From: Candidatus Hydrogenedens sp.
GTDB taxonomy: Bacteria > Hydrogenedentota > Hydrogenedentia > Hydrogenedentales > Hydrogenedentaceae
Assembly: GCA_049968235.1 (NCBI GenBank)
Contig: JBMFRC010000007.1
Location: 98,153 to 162,152 of the forward strand
DNA: 64,000 bases
Direction of reading: 5' to 3'
Part shown: positions 10,470-21,116 of the stretch, piece by piece
Position numbering within the stretch: the first letter of the stretch is position 1
Layout: each line of letters opens with the position of its first letter
Position numbers and translations under genes: made by a program
The notes under the pieces: generated by a model
Database searches by the model: none
Told to the model about the DNA's origin: nothing
What the model saw: the letters and a program-made list of their open reading frames with translations, nothing else

Positions 10470-11417
10470 TCAGCGTGGAATAGGAACTCTTTGGAGAATA
10501 TCCTGAATAATTTTTTTCCGTTCTTCGGCTATATGTATGAGATTAAAAGACCTCGATTTTGAAATCAGCCGATGAGACAATACAGGTTCTGCCACCTCTC
10601 GAACATCCTGCGGAGTTGCAAAATCTCTCCCATTAATGAGTGCCCATGCCTGAGTTGCTACATACAAACTCTGGGTCCCTCTGGGGCTTATTCCCAACTC
10701 CACCTGCTCATGGTTCCGTGTCTGTTCAATAATCTGCAAAATATAATCCATTATTGACTCATCAACAAATATTTTCTTCGTCTGCTCCTGTAATTCTGTA
10801 ACTTCTTCCGAGGTTATTACAGGCGGTAATTCACTTATCTCTTTCACCACCTCTCTTTTTTTCATTATAACAAGTTCTTCCTCTGCCGGAGGATAACCTA
10901 TTTCCAACCGAATTAAAAATCTATCTAACTGTGATTCCGGCAAACTATATGTGCCTTCATACTCAATAGGATTTTGTGTTGCTATCACAATGAAAGGTTG
11001 GGGTAAAGGATAGGTATTGCCGTCAACAGACACCTGATTTTCACTCATGGCTTCTAACAAAGCACTTTGCGTTTTGGGTGGAGTTCGATTGATTTCATCC
11101 GCAAGCACTATATTGGCAAAAATAGGTCCTCTACGAAACTCAAAATCCGTTGTCCGTGGATTTAATATAGATACCCCCAAAATATCTGATGGCAACATAT
11201 CGCTGGTAAATTGAATACGATGAAAAACACAATTCATGGAACGGGCTAATACTTGTGCCAGTGTTGTTTTACCCATTCCCGGAACATCCTCGATAAGAAT
11301 ATGTCCCCGCGAAAGTATCCCCGTTACACAAAGTTTGATAGCATGTGTTTTACCTAAAAAAACACGTTCTACATTCTGAATTAACTTATCAATTTTATTC
11401 TTATAAATTTCAATCAT
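10470..11417 (-). CDS. MoxR-family AAA+ ATPase
   Basis: 315 aa. Walker A GHILIEDVPGMGKTTLAQVLARS, then RIQFTSDMLPSDILG and Walker B VLADEINR, typical of MoxR. Confidence 0.85.
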   Translation of the reverse strand: MIEIYKNKIDKLIQNVERVFLGKTHAIKLCVTGILSRGHILIEDVPGMGKTTLAQVLARSMNCVFHRIQFTSDMLPSDILGVSILNPRTTDFEFRRGPIFANIVLADEINRTPPKTQSALLEAMSENQVSVDGNTYPLPQPFIVIATQNPIEYEGTYSLPESQLDRFLIRLEIGYPPAEEELVIMKKREVVKEISELPPVITSEEVTELQEQTKKIFVDESIMDYILQIIEQTRNHEQVELGISPRGTQSLYVATQAWALINGRDFATPQDVREVAEPVLSHRLISKSRSFNLIHIAEERKKIIQDILQRVPIPR

Positions 11418-11473
11418 ATTAGCAAAACAATCTCTCTATATGTTTAATTCCTATATATAAAAACTTTACTTTA

Positions 11474-12490
11474 TCAAAGCCATTCGGCAAACCAATCTTC
11501 AATAACAGGTAACAAGGAACTTTTGAAGTTTTTTGTCTTTCTTTGAACAACCTGCAATGCCTCTGGCATTCCCAATAAATCATATATTCGCTCTGCAGAT
11601 TTAATATATGGAATACTGGTTTTCCCTTTAGGAGTAATCTCCCCTTCTCCGGAAGGATTTATAATCATTACCGCACTTGTAGCACAAAGAGCAAGTATGT
11701 GTTCAATATCAAAAGTCTCTTTTCCCTCTTCTATCTCTTTACGAAGTTCTGGGATTAAATTATTTTTACATTGGAAAAGCCAGTTATTCTTATTCCTTTT
11801 ATCCTTCCATGAGGACAAAGGACCTATTGCCACACATGCCTGAATAGATGGCTCTATTGCCGTTAAAAGTATTGCTTGTAGAGCACCGAAACCTTTACCC
11901 AGGACACCAATACTTGTAATATCAGTTGTAAACCATGTTCCAAAAACACGAAACCCCGCAAGATAATCCATTATTAGTTTCCCTTGATATACCACTTTAG
12001 AGAACTTTGAATCCTGTGATTTTGCTCCCCCTTTAATTTGTTTCGGTTCCGTTCGTTCCCCAAAGTATAAGCAATCCGGAACCATAGTAATATAGCCAGA
12101 ATATGCAAGTTCTCGGGCAATTGCATAATTAGGGTCCCCTTCGATACCTGCAAACTCATCCTTCCCTTGAGGAATATAATCATGGCAACAGAGAACAGCG
12201 GGTTTAGATTCCTTCTTATTCCGTTCCGGGGCAAAAACCCATGCGGTAATCCGTTCATCCTCATGAACAGAATACTCTATCTTATACCTCCGAATGTCAT
12301 CTTCTCCTATCTCATCGATAATCTTTGTGTGTGGGACAAAAATACTGGAACGGTCTTCTTCTATTTCATCGTAAAGAGGGTCACTCAATATCAATATCTC
12401 TTCACCAAGATAATGCAAAAACCGCTTCTTTAACTCTTCTCTCTGTTCTCGCCATACCTCTGCTGATTTTATTTTCGATAAATCTATCAT
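11474..12490 (-). CDS. Hypothetical protein, alpha/beta-hydrolase-like (esterase/dienelactone-hydrolase-like) lacking a canonical GxSxG
   Basis: 338 aa. Overall pattern resembles acetyl-esterase/DLH-type folds (CCHDY..., PDCLYFGER), but the elbow reads GKGFG with no serine. Function uncertain. Confidence 0.4.
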   Translation of the reverse strand: MIDLSKIKSAEVWREQREELKKRFLHYLGEEILILSDPLYDEIEEDRSSIFVPHTKIIDEIGEDDIRRYKIEYSVHEDERITAWVFAPERNKKESKPAVLCCHDYIPQGKDEFAGIEGDPNYAIARELAYSGYITMVPDCLYFGERTEPKQIKGGAKSQDSKFSKVVYQGKLIMDYLAGFRVFGTWFTTDITSIGVLGKGFGALQAILLTAIEPSIQACVAIGPLSSWKDKRNKNNWLFQCKNNLIPELRKEIEEGKETFDIEHILALCATSAVMIINPSGEGEITPKGKTSIPYIKSAERIYDLLGMPEALQVVQRKTKNFKSSLLPVIEDWFAEWL

Positions 12491-12615
12491 AATTTCTTGC
12501 CTTCTAATTTAAAATAACATATTCTTTTATAATTCCTGATTATTATTTAATGGGAAGAATTATAATCATAACATTACTTACAAATAGGGTTGCAATTTTC
12601 CATTTTTTTCTTACA

Positions 12616-13464
12616 TTATTTTTCTTTCTTCAAACGATATAAATATACACAATCTCGAGCTGTAACAAGAAATTCATCTCCATTTTTCCCTCCAAAAGCA
12701 CAATTAGCAGGATGTTTTGGAACCTTAATAATATCTATCCTCTCCCCTTTACTATTAAACACAATTACTCCTTCCGATGATGTAACCCAAAGATTATCCT
12801 GCTTATCTATTTTTATCCCATCCGGAGACGCCACATCGCAAAATTTCATACCCTCTATTGGATATTCTTTTCCTTCATATAAAAACTTAAAAACGGCATC
12901 CTGTCCTGTATCAGCAACGAATAAAACTTTCTCATCTCTTGACAATGCTATTCCGTTAGGTCTCTTTAAGTTTTTATTAATAAGTCTAATATCTCCTTTG
13001 GGAGTAATTTCATAAATTCCACAAAAATCAAGTTCTGCATTCGGTCCATCCAAACCACCCGGCAAACCATAAGGAGGGTCCGTAAAAAATATAGTACCAT
13101 CTGAACGAACTACCAAATCATTAGGACTATTAAAACGCTTTCCCTGATACTTTTCTATAACAACATCAATAGTCCTATCATTACGCAACCTTGAAATTCT
13201 TCGATTTCCATGTTCTGCCAAAAGAATATTTCCTTCCTTATCCAGTCCCAGACCATTTGAGTTCCCACTGGGAGTTAAACAAACCTCATGATTAGCTAAT
13301 TTGTAAACCGTATTTGCAGGTATATCGCTAAATATCCAACCCAATTCTTCCACCCACAAAGGCCCTTCTGTAAATTTAAAGCCACAAACTTCTATTACCG
13401 GTTGTTCCTGGGCTAATAATGTTGTAAAAAAAGACAATTGATAAAGCAAAATAAAAAAACTCAT
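12616..13464 (-). CDS. Secreted SMP-30/gluconolactonase/LRE-family beta-propeller protein
   Basis: Start trimmed to the ATG at 13464 (GGAG RBS 8 nt upstream), giving signal peptide MSFFILLYQLSFFTTLLAQE. Motifs TEGPLWVEE and NSPNDLVVRSDGTIFFTDPPYG are typical of the SGL family. Confidence 0.75.
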   Translation of the reverse strand: MSFFILLYQLSFFTTLLAQEQPVIEVCGFKFTEGPLWVEELGWIFSDIPANTVYKLANHEVCLTPSGNSNGLGLDKEGNILLAEHGNRRISRLRNDRTIDVVIEKYQGKRFNSPNDLVVRSDGTIFFTDPPYGLPGGLDGPNAELDFCGIYEITPKGDIRLINKNLKRPNGIALSRDEKVLFVADTGQDAVFKFLYEGKEYPIEGMKFCDVASPDGIKIDKQDNLWVTSSEGVIVFNSKGERIDIIKVPKHPANCAFGGKNGDEFLVTARDCVYLYRLKKEK

Positions 13465-13527
13465 TTCGCATCTCCTAATATATTCATTTTTTATCCTCCT
13501 GTTAATTAGCATATCATAATAAAATTT

Positions 13528-14457
13528 ATGATGAAAGTTTATAAAACATGTTGGGAGATGTTTTTCATGCAACAAAAAATCCCCTGGTTTTTTTCCATGC
13601 ACGGTGGACACAGTAAAGAATTTTGCGACCATGCAGAAAGCGGTATTGAAGATATAGTTATTCGTGCTATTGAATTAAATATGCCTGTTTACGGCTTTTC
13701 GGAGCACGCCCCGCGAAAATATGAAAAATACCTCTACCCTGAAGAAATAGAATTAAAAAAAACACCCCGGGACCTTATTCATAATTTCTATGCCTACTGT
13801 AAAACTCTTGATAAACTTCAAGAAAAATATGCTTCAAAAATTACACTATTAAAAGGTTTGGAAATTGAAGTAGTACCCCCGGGTGAATATATTTCCTTTA
13901 ACCAACAATTAATAAAAGAAGGGAATATCGAATATGTAGTTGGCTCAGTCCATTGGGTTAATGAACAAATGACAGATTTTTCTTCTCAGACCTTTTATAA
14001 AGCGGTTGAGACGCATCACGGCTTAGAAAACTTAATGATTGCTTATTATCAGACTTTAAAAAATATGGTCATTTCTATAAAACCAGATATTGTAGCCCAT
14101 TTTGATTTAATTACCTGCTTTTTAAAACCTGAAGAACTGCCCAACTACTCTTCTAAATTAATCAACACTATAGAAGAAACCCTAGAAGAAGTGAAAAAGA
14201 ACGACTGTATTCTTGAACTCAATACCAGCGGTCTAAGAAAACCTATACAACGCATATTCCCCGATACTTTTATTATCCAGAAATCTGCCAAATTGGGAAT
14301 CCCCTTCACTTTTGCAGATGATTCCCATAATACCCAACAGGTCGGATACAAATTAGAAAAAGCAAGAGAATTATTATTAAATCAAGGTATCACATACATC
14401 ACCCGACTTAATAAATATCAACAAAAAATAATTCGCGAACAAATTACACTCATTTAA
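13528..14457 (+). CDS. Histidinol-phosphatase, PHP family (HisK/HisJ-type)
   Basis: 309 aa. MHGGHS...CDHAE, SEHAP, GSVHWV and AHFDL metal-binding motifs of PHP-type histidinol-phosphate phosphatases. The true start may be the ATG at 13567, which has a GGAG 9 nt upstream. Confidence 0.7.
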   Translation: MMKVYKTCWEMFFMQQKIPWFFSMHGGHSKEFCDHAESGIEDIVIRAIELNMPVYGFSEHAPRKYEKYLYPEEIELKKTPRDLIHNFYAYCKTLDKLQEKYASKITLLKGLEIEVVPPGEYISFNQQLIKEGNIEYVVGSVHWVNEQMTDFSSQTFYKAVETHHGLENLMIAYYQTLKNMVISIKPDIVAHFDLITCFLKPEELPNYSSKLINTIEETLEEVKKNDCILELNTSGLRKPIQRIFPDTFIIQKSAKLGIPFTFADDSHNTQQVGYKLEKARELLLNQGITYITRLNKYQQKIIREQITLI

Positions 14458-14605
14458 TTCTTCGCAACATATTACCTGATAAATTCTTTATATAAAATTA
14501 GATACATTAATAACACTTTTCTTCAACAAACTTCGTGTAAACATTTCCACTACTCTTAACTATTGAATCGCAAGTAATTCATATTGATTCTTTATACTAC
14601 TAAAA

Positions 14606-15754
14606 CTATTTCTTTATTTTTGACCTGCAAAATTCTCTGAAATCATCCTTACCACACTTCAACATAAGAATATCCGTTTGTTTCAACATACCGATTATCC
14701 ATGGGTAATCCCTCGTAATGGGACTGCTGTAATAACATATATAAATATTTTCTCCACGCATAGCAACCCCACCATATGCCGTATCACCTGCACTGGGAAA
14801 ATCTGTCAACCATTTTAATCCTTCGAGTTCTACATACCACAAAGATGTTCTTTTCCTATTTAAAATACTCCCCATATACCAGAGAGGACCTGTATTATTG
14901 TAATCCCTCCTTCCTATCGCAAAAACTTTTCCATCAAAAGCGAATAAACAGGGACCATCCAATCGTGTTTTTTTATCCCGTATCTTACTCCACTCTTTAT
15001 AAGGAGGTTTCGCTGTTGCCACTAAAGTGCTCCCCTCAGGATGACCCAGCCATGAATCCGAGTATTCCAGTCTTGCAGTGCAAATAATTGTATTATCCGG
15101 TAAAAATTCAAAATCCGTCTCATCATTTCTGTCCCCTTCATGAATTATAGATACCAACTCCCAGTTAATCCCATCTCTTGAACGAAACAATGCAGATTTG
15201 CCATGTTCATTCCAATATCCTGTAACATACCAATTGATAAAATCCCTCGTTTTGGGTCTCCATAAAAGCCAACCTTCCGCATCACCTTTCAATGGTTCAA
15301 AGGGTGTCCAGTTTCTCCCATCCATGGACCTCGCATATAAAGTACGATATGGCTCTGCAAAAAAATTCCTATTAACAAGCACATATAAAAACAACTGTCC
15401 ATTAATTTCTGCAAATTTCGGGTCACGTATATCTTCTCCCGGCGAATTAAACTCCCTTATTTTTTCCCATTTAACCCCATCATCAGATTTCCACAACCAT
15501 AATTTACAATGAGTACTCCCTAAATGAAACGGAGAATTGGCGTGAATTAAATAAAACACCCCTCGCCAACAGATCATATCCGAATTGGAATTATGCAATC
15601 CATTAGAATACATAACATCGAGACTATATCGAAATGATTGGTCTACCTCTACTTTATTTGTCCGATAAATTGACCAAATAACAATTGAAAAAAGAATACC
15701 TACTACTAATAAAACTACAATAAAAAATATTTGAATATATCTTTTACCTGTCAT
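14606..15754 (-). CDS. Membrane-anchored BNR/Asp-box repeat protein (sialidase/glycosidase-like beta-propeller)
   Basis: 382 aa. N-terminal TM anchor IQIFFIVVLLVVGILFSIVIW. Asp-box repeats SDDGVKW, SMDGRNW and SRDGINW. Confidence 0.6.
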   Translation of the reverse strand: MTGKRYIQIFFIVVLLVVGILFSIVIWSIYRTNKVEVDQSFRYSLDVMYSNGLHNSNSDMICWRGVFYLIHANSPFHLGSTHCKLWLWKSDDGVKWEKIREFNSPGEDIRDPKFAEINGQLFLYVLVNRNFFAEPYRTLYARSMDGRNWTPFEPLKGDAEGWLLWRPKTRDFINWYVTGYWNEHGKSALFRSRDGINWELVSIIHEGDRNDETDFEFLPDNTIICTARLEYSDSWLGHPEGSTLVATAKPPYKEWSKIRDKKTRLDGPCLFAFDGKVFAIGRRDYNNTGPLWYMGSILNRKRTSLWYVELEGLKWLTDFPSAGDTAYGGVAMRGENIYICYYSSPITRDYPWIIGMLKQTDILMLKCGKDDFREFCRSKIKK

Positions 15755-15871
15755 TATTATATCCCTGTACTTATTTATTTTATAATTTCAATTGACTTTA
15801 TTGATTATATTTATGATAATAATATAATACTATATTCGCAATAAATTTTTAATAATATAGGAGAAAGTAAA

Positions 15872-17212
15872 ATGAATAATCCCCCGAAAGAAAAAGGACG
15901 TAGAGAATTTCTGAAAACCACAGCCACTATCGGCTCCGCAGTTTACTTAGGAAGTCAGGTAAAAGCAACTGCTCAAACAACCTCTGAGACCTTAAAAAAA
16001 GAAACTTTAGCAATTAATGGAGGTTCTCCCGCAGTAACATCCCATCCCTCAGATGCAACAAAATGGCCCATCTACGGCGATGAGGAAATTCAATTGGTCT
16101 CAGAATTAATCAAAAATCCCAGTTATGCACCCATTACTGAGTTTGAAGAAGCATGGAAAAAGCACTTCGATTGTCCTTTTGTTAAAGCCCACTGCAACGG
16201 AACCAGTGCATTGACCTCTATACTATTCGCTCTTGACTTACCTCCCGGCAGTGAAATACTTGTTCCCGACTATAGCACATGGTTCCCGGTAGTTCCCATG
16301 CGTTTTCTTAAATATGTTCCCGTATTTGTTGATGTTAATCCCAAAACCATGAACATAGATGTTGAAGATTGTAAAAAACGACTTTCTCCAAAAACGCGTG
16401 CTATCCTCCCTGTTCATTGGTATGGCGTCCCCTGTGATATGGATTTAATTAATGATTTTGCGAAAGAACACGGACTGGAAGTTGTTGAAGATGCCAGTCA
16501 TGCACACGGTGCGAAGTTAAAGGATATTTATATTGGCAAATGGGGACGAATGGCAGGCTTTAGTCTTCAAACGACGAAACCCTTGCCTGCTATTGAAGGT
16601 GGAATAGCAATGTATAGAGACATTCGTGACTATGAGCGTTCCGTAACCTTTGGAAACTATGACCTACCTAAAACATTTCCAGAAGATAGCCCTTACCGAA
16701 AATATCAAGGCACAGCCTTTGGCAGTAAATTAAGGATACATCCCATTGCCGCTATCCTTGCAAATGTTCAGTTAAAAACATTGACAGAAAGAAATATAAA
16801 AGGTGTCTCTCAAATGAAAAAACTGAATAACGCCATCACACAACTTCCAGGGCTTTCCGCTCAATATGTCCGTCCTGACGCAGAAAGAGTTTACTATTCC
16901 AGAAACTTAATGTTTATAGACGAAAAAAAAGCAGGAGCATCCCGTTCCGCAATTGTTAAAGCGTTAAAGGCGGAAGGTGTAGATGTAGTTGAATATCAGT
17001 GGACATTACTTCATACCTATCCTATCTTTAGTGAAAATAAATGGTGGGACTACATGCCCGTTCTTCCGAAAGAAGGTACTCCAAAGGGATGTGAAGAAGC
17101 CAATCGTACCGCCATATCTTTGCCGTACTTTACCACCGAACAACCTGAACTTGTAGAACAATACATTCACGCTTTCCAGAAAGTCTGGTCAAATATAGAC
17201 AAACTCAGTTAA
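15872..17212 (+). CDS. DegT/DnrJ/EryC1/StrS-family PLP aminotransferase with twin-arginine (Tat) signal peptide
   Basis: 446 aa. N-terminus KGRREFLKTTATIGSAVYLGSQVKATAQ is a canonical Tat motif. The mature region has DegT-family features (DEEIQLVSELI, CNGTSALTSILFAL, ASHAHGAK with the PLP lysine region). Confidence 0.8.
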   Translation: MNNPPKEKGRREFLKTTATIGSAVYLGSQVKATAQTTSETLKKETLAINGGSPAVTSHPSDATKWPIYGDEEIQLVSELIKNPSYAPITEFEEAWKKHFDCPFVKAHCNGTSALTSILFALDLPPGSEILVPDYSTWFPVVPMRFLKYVPVFVDVNPKTMNIDVEDCKKRLSPKTRAILPVHWYGVPCDMDLINDFAKEHGLEVVEDASHAHGAKLKDIYIGKWGRMAGFSLQTTKPLPAIEGGIAMYRDIRDYERSVTFGNYDLPKTFPEDSPYRKYQGTAFGSKLRIHPIAAILANVQLKTLTERNIKGVSQMKKLNNAITQLPGLSAQYVRPDAERVYYSRNLMFIDEKKAGASRSAIVKALKAEGVDVVEYQWTLLHTYPIFSENKWWDYMPVLPKEGTPKGCEEANRTAISLPYFTTEQPELVEQYIHAFQKVWSNIDKLS

Positions 17213-17287
17213 AACATAGCAGAAACATTTTCACTTAAAAACAGTCTAATCAAATAAAACAAATACACCGACAGAAGGAGCGTATTT

Positions 17288-18868
17288 ATGGCTACATCTC
17301 TATCAACGCCACCCATAGTAGAAGTTAAAAATCCAAAAACGGGTGAACTGCTATATTCCTTTCAGGAAATTACCGAATTTGATGTCGAAAAAATGTATGA
17401 CACAGCAAAAAAAGCATTTGCAGTTATTCGTTCCATGTCGGTTCGAGATCGACTTAATGAACTGGATAAAATTAAACAATACATCATCAAACATAGAGAA
17501 GAAATCGCCGAATTTATAACCCGTGAAACGGGCAAATGTATAACAGATGCACTACTTCTCGAAGTTTTTCCTTCTGTAGACCAGATTGACTATTATCAGA
17601 AATACGCAGAGAGAATCCTTCGTGACCAAAAAGTCCCAACTCCTCTGTTACTCATAGGTAAGAAATCAAAAGTTGTTTATGACCCCTTAGGTATTATTCT
17701 TATAATTTCCCCATGGAATTATCCCTTTCATCTTTCATTTGTTCCCTTCGTTTGTGCTTTCACGGCAGGAAATGCGGTAATAATAAAACCTTCGCGTATC
17801 ACTCCTCTAAAAGGACTTTATGAAAGAATTATTGAAGAATCAGGCTTTATGAAAGGAGCCTTACAAATCGCCTACGCAAGTCGTAAAACCGCCAATCTGC
17901 TCATTGAAAAGAAACCCGATAAAATCCATTTCACAGGTAGTGTCGATGTCGGTAAAATCATTATGAAACAATCCGCAGAACACCTTATTCCCGTTGAATT
18001 AGAATTAGGCGGAAAAGACCCTATGATTGTATTTGAAGATGTAAACTTAGAAAGAACAGTAACCGGCGCCATCTGGGGAAGTTTTACCAACTGTGGACAA
18101 ACTTGCACTTCTGTCGAACGCATATTTGTTCAGGAAAAAATATTTGAACCCTTTGTGAACTTAATGGTCGAAAAAGTGAAAAAGTTAAGAACTCTTGCAA
18201 ATACTCCAAATCCATCTGACGAAAAGGAATTGGATGTCGGATGTATGACCGCTAACTTCCAGATTGAAGAAATTGAATCCCAACTCGAAGAAGCAAAACA
18301 AAAAGGAGCAAAAATCCTTTGTGGAGGAGAAAGACAAAAGGGAAGTCACGCTTTCCCACCTACCATCATTACAAATGTAGGTAGAGATTATCGCATACAA
18401 TACCATGAATCCTTTGGACCGGTTGTTACAATTACCCCATTCAAAACAGAAGAAGAAGTCATTCAAATGGCAAACGACTCTCCCTATGGTCTTTCCGCAA
18501 GTGTCTGGTCTGCAGATAAAAAACGCGCAGAGCGCGTTGCACGACAAATTGTAACCGGAAATGTCTCTATCAACAATGTCCTTGCTACTCAAGCAAATTC
18601 TGCATTGCCTTTCGGCGGTATTAAAGAAAGTGGCTTCGGAAGGTACCGGGGTGCACAGGGATTACATGCTTTCTCTAACATCAAAAGTATTTTAATAGAC
18701 CATCAATGGAACCGTATGGAAGCCTATTGGCATCCCTATTCCCGCAAAAAATTTGAACTGTTCTCTCAGGTCTTTGAAAGTGTATTCAAACGCGGAATAC
18801 TACCTTTTCTTAAAACTGCATGGATTGGATTAAAATTAGAATTACTAGCACGAAAAGAGCGACTCTGA
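17288..18868 (+). CDS. Aldehyde dehydrogenase family protein
   Basis: 526 aa. ELGGKDP glutamate motif and GQTCTSVERIFV catalytic-cysteine motif. GAGG RBS upstream. Confidence 0.85.
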   Translation: MATSLSTPPIVEVKNPKTGELLYSFQEITEFDVEKMYDTAKKAFAVIRSMSVRDRLNELDKIKQYIIKHREEIAEFITRETGKCITDALLLEVFPSVDQIDYYQKYAERILRDQKVPTPLLLIGKKSKVVYDPLGIILIISPWNYPFHLSFVPFVCAFTAGNAVIIKPSRITPLKGLYERIIEESGFMKGALQIAYASRKTANLLIEKKPDKIHFTGSVDVGKIIMKQSAEHLIPVELELGGKDPMIVFEDVNLERTVTGAIWGSFTNCGQTCTSVERIFVQEKIFEPFVNLMVEKVKKLRTLANTPNPSDEKELDVGCMTANFQIEEIESQLEEAKQKGAKILCGGERQKGSHAFPPTIITNVGRDYRIQYHESFGPVVTITPFKTEEEVIQMANDSPYGLSASVWSADKKRAERVARQIVTGNVSINNVLATQANSALPFGGIKESGFGRYRGAQGLHAFSNIKSILIDHQWNRMEAYWHPYSRKKFELFSQVFESVFKRGILPFLKTAWIGLKLELLARKERL

Positions 18869-18886
18869 TAACTTTGAGATAATAAT

Positions 18887-19228
18887 ATGATTGAAATGAC
18901 TAAAAAGGAAGAATTTGATAGTTTATTAAAAAATTCAAACGATATAATTTTAATCATCTTCAAACATAGTAACCGTTGTCCTATCTCATGGAATGCCAAA
19001 AAAGAAATCGATACTTTTCTTGAAAAATATACAGAATACAATAACAATACCTATCTCATTAATGTCATTGATTCACGTCCTCTATCAAATTATATCGCTG
19101 AAACACTTCATGTAGAACATCAATCACCACAAATTATTATCCTGAAAAATGGCGCCGTTGTGAAGCATATCTCTCATTTAACCATAACTGAAAAAAATCT
19201 AGAAAATATCCTCCAACCCTTAAAATAA
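18887..19228 (+). CDS. Thioredoxin-like YtxJ/DUF2847-family monothiol protein
   Basis: 113 aa. HSNRCPIS motif resembles the TCPIS active site of YtxJ-type bacillithiol-system proteins. 18 nt downstream of the ALDH gene. Confidence 0.55.
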   Translation: MIEMTKKEEFDSLLKNSNDIILIIFKHSNRCPISWNAKKEIDTFLEKYTEYNNNTYLINVIDSRPLSNYIAETLHVEHQSPQIIILKNGAVVKHISHLTITEKNLENILQPLK

Positions 19229-19304
19229 TCAAAAAATTTTTTGATTATTTATTTCCATTTACTTATTATATATAGTATTATATACACAATATAAATACTA
19301 TATA

Positions 19305-21116
19305 ATGTATTTTTCATTTATTAAAAATTTATGTTTGGAGGAAAGAAAAGTGCGAATTGGAAATCGTTCAAGACTCTTCTGGACACAAGGAAAGTCTATC
19401 TTTAATAAAAAAAATTCCCCTGATTCTTTAGATGATTCCGTAAAAAATGAAGAGAAAGAGGCTCTGTTATCAAAAACAGATGTAGATAACAAAGAAGAAA
19501 TAATCGAAACAACAAACCACGATGTAGATGCAATTGAATTTGGAAAAAAAATTTCTCCGTTATTAACAAACCTTAGAAAAGTTATTGAAGAAGGAAAATT
19601 ATTTCCGAACTCTCGTGAATGGGTTGATTCTGCATTACCTATATTAGGTAATTGTATCGAAGTCGCCTCTCAAAATAGACGAAAAGATTTAGAGCAATTA
19701 TTTGTAGATATTGCGAGAATTATTTATTCCTCGGATAGGGTTGGAAAATCCCATCTTTCTATCGAACCATCTCTTGAATTATATTCCCTTTTATGCTGTG
19801 TTGTTGCTGACTATATGCGAGGAAAAACCAACAAACTTACCTTTGAACAATGGACAAAGTCCTATCAGAAAGTTGCAACCGATTTTGTTAATTCAGGCAT
19901 CCGTCTAGTAACTGATAATGAGGAACCTATAACAATCTCTGTATCAGAAACAGAAAATACCTATTCTTCTTTAGAAGATATATCTGCTCCCACATCTGTG
20001 GACCATACCCCATCTCAAGACATCCTTCCCTCAGTGGAAGAAATTCCTCCTCCCTTACCTGAAGTCGAAAACATAGAAATATCTCATACAGATAATCTAA
20101 CAGAAGAAAAAAAATACGTCAAAAATACCACAGAAAGAACAGACAATAATGACCCAATATTACAGGATAGTTCATCTTCATACACAGTTAAAACCTTATA
20201 TTCAGAAACAATAGAAGAAACTCCTCCAGATACAAATCCATCACCAGAAACAAATGAAATTATAATTGAAAATAATGTCTCAATTACTAATATGGAAGAA
20301 GAAAATCCACAGGAACCTGAACCCATTATATCTACAACAGAACAACCCCCTGATATTGACATTTCAACTTTCCTCCAGCAAATCAGCCAATTACCTCAAA
20401 ACGAAGTGAAGGAAATTTTATTAGATACATTAAAAGCTATTGTCAATGGAACACCAGAAACCGCAAAAACAAAAGCCATCGAACTTGCCCGAGAAATGGC
20501 AAAATTAGAAGTTGAAAAAGTAAAAACTGAGTATCGAGGGACAGAATATCAGATAGAAAGTTTAAGTTCAGAGATACACCAGGTTGAAGAACAACTTAAT
20601 ATTTGTCAGAATGAAATCAAAACAATAGAAGAAGAATTAAAAGAACAACAATCTATCATTCAAAAAACAGAGAAAGAAAAAAACACTTTAGAAAGGCATA
20701 TTGAAAATACTCAAAACAAAATTGCAGATATCGAAAAAAGAATTTTAGAACTTCAACAACAAAAAGAAACAGAACTTACAAATCTAAACCAATACAATGA
20801 GCAACTTTCCACTACCGAAAAAAATATTGAATATCTCAATCAGTCCATATCCTCTCTCAAAGAATCTATTAGCGATTTTGAAAATCAAGCTATGACTCTA
20901 CTCAAAAGAATGGATTCGCTTGAACTAACCAAATCTCAGAAAGAAACACAGTTGGAACAACTCCAAAAACAGATAAAAGAAAGAGAATCTACAGTCCGCC
21001 GATTAGAAGAAACTTTATGGTTTCTCCAATCAGCAGAAAACAAATCCATAAAGAATAACCCATCAAATCATCTAAATACACAAAACACCATAGACCTCTT
21101 TGACGGGAAGGTATAA
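19305..21116 (+). CDS. Large acidic coiled-coil protein (hypothetical)
   Basis: 603 aa. An acidic Ser/Thr/Glu-rich middle is followed by a roughly 230-aa heptad-rich coiled coil (EKVKTEYRGTEYQIESLSSEIHQVEEQLNICQNEIKTIEEELKEQQ...). A GGAGG RBS precedes a GTG at 19351, which may be the true start. Confidence 0.55.
   Translation: MYFSFIKNLCLEERKVRIGNRSRLFWTQGKSIFNKKNSPDSLDDSVKNEEKEALLSKTDVDNKEEIIETTNHDVDAIEFGKKISPLLTNLRKVIEEGKLFPNSREWVDSALPILGNCIEVASQNRRKDLEQLFVDIARIIYSSDRVGKSHLSIEPSLELYSLLCCVVADYMRGKTNKLTFEQWTKSYQKVATDFVNSGIRLVTDNEEPITISVSETENTYSSLEDISAPTSVDHTPSQDILPSVEEIPPPLPEVENIEISHTDNLTEEKKYVKNTTERTDNNDPILQDSSSSYTVKTLYSETIEETPPDTNPSPETNEIIIENNVSITNMEEENPQEPEPIISTTEQPPDIDISTFLQQISQLPQNEVKEILLDTLKAIVNGTPETAKTKAIELAREMAKLEVEKVKTEYRGTEYQIESLSSEIHQVEEQLNICQNEIKTIEEELKEQQSIIQKTEKEKNTLERHIENTQNKIADIEKRILELQQQKETELTNLNQYNEQLSTTEKNIEYLNQSISSLKESISDFENQAMTLLKRMDSLELTKSQKETQLEQLQKQIKERESTVRRLEETLWFLQSAENKSIKNNPSNHLNTQNTIDLFDGKV

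Noticed and set aside
11474-12490. Calling 11474..12490 an active esterase
   Set aside because: The nucleophile elbow reads GKGFG with no serine, so catalytic competence cannot be supported from sequence. It is kept as a hydrolase-like hypothetical.
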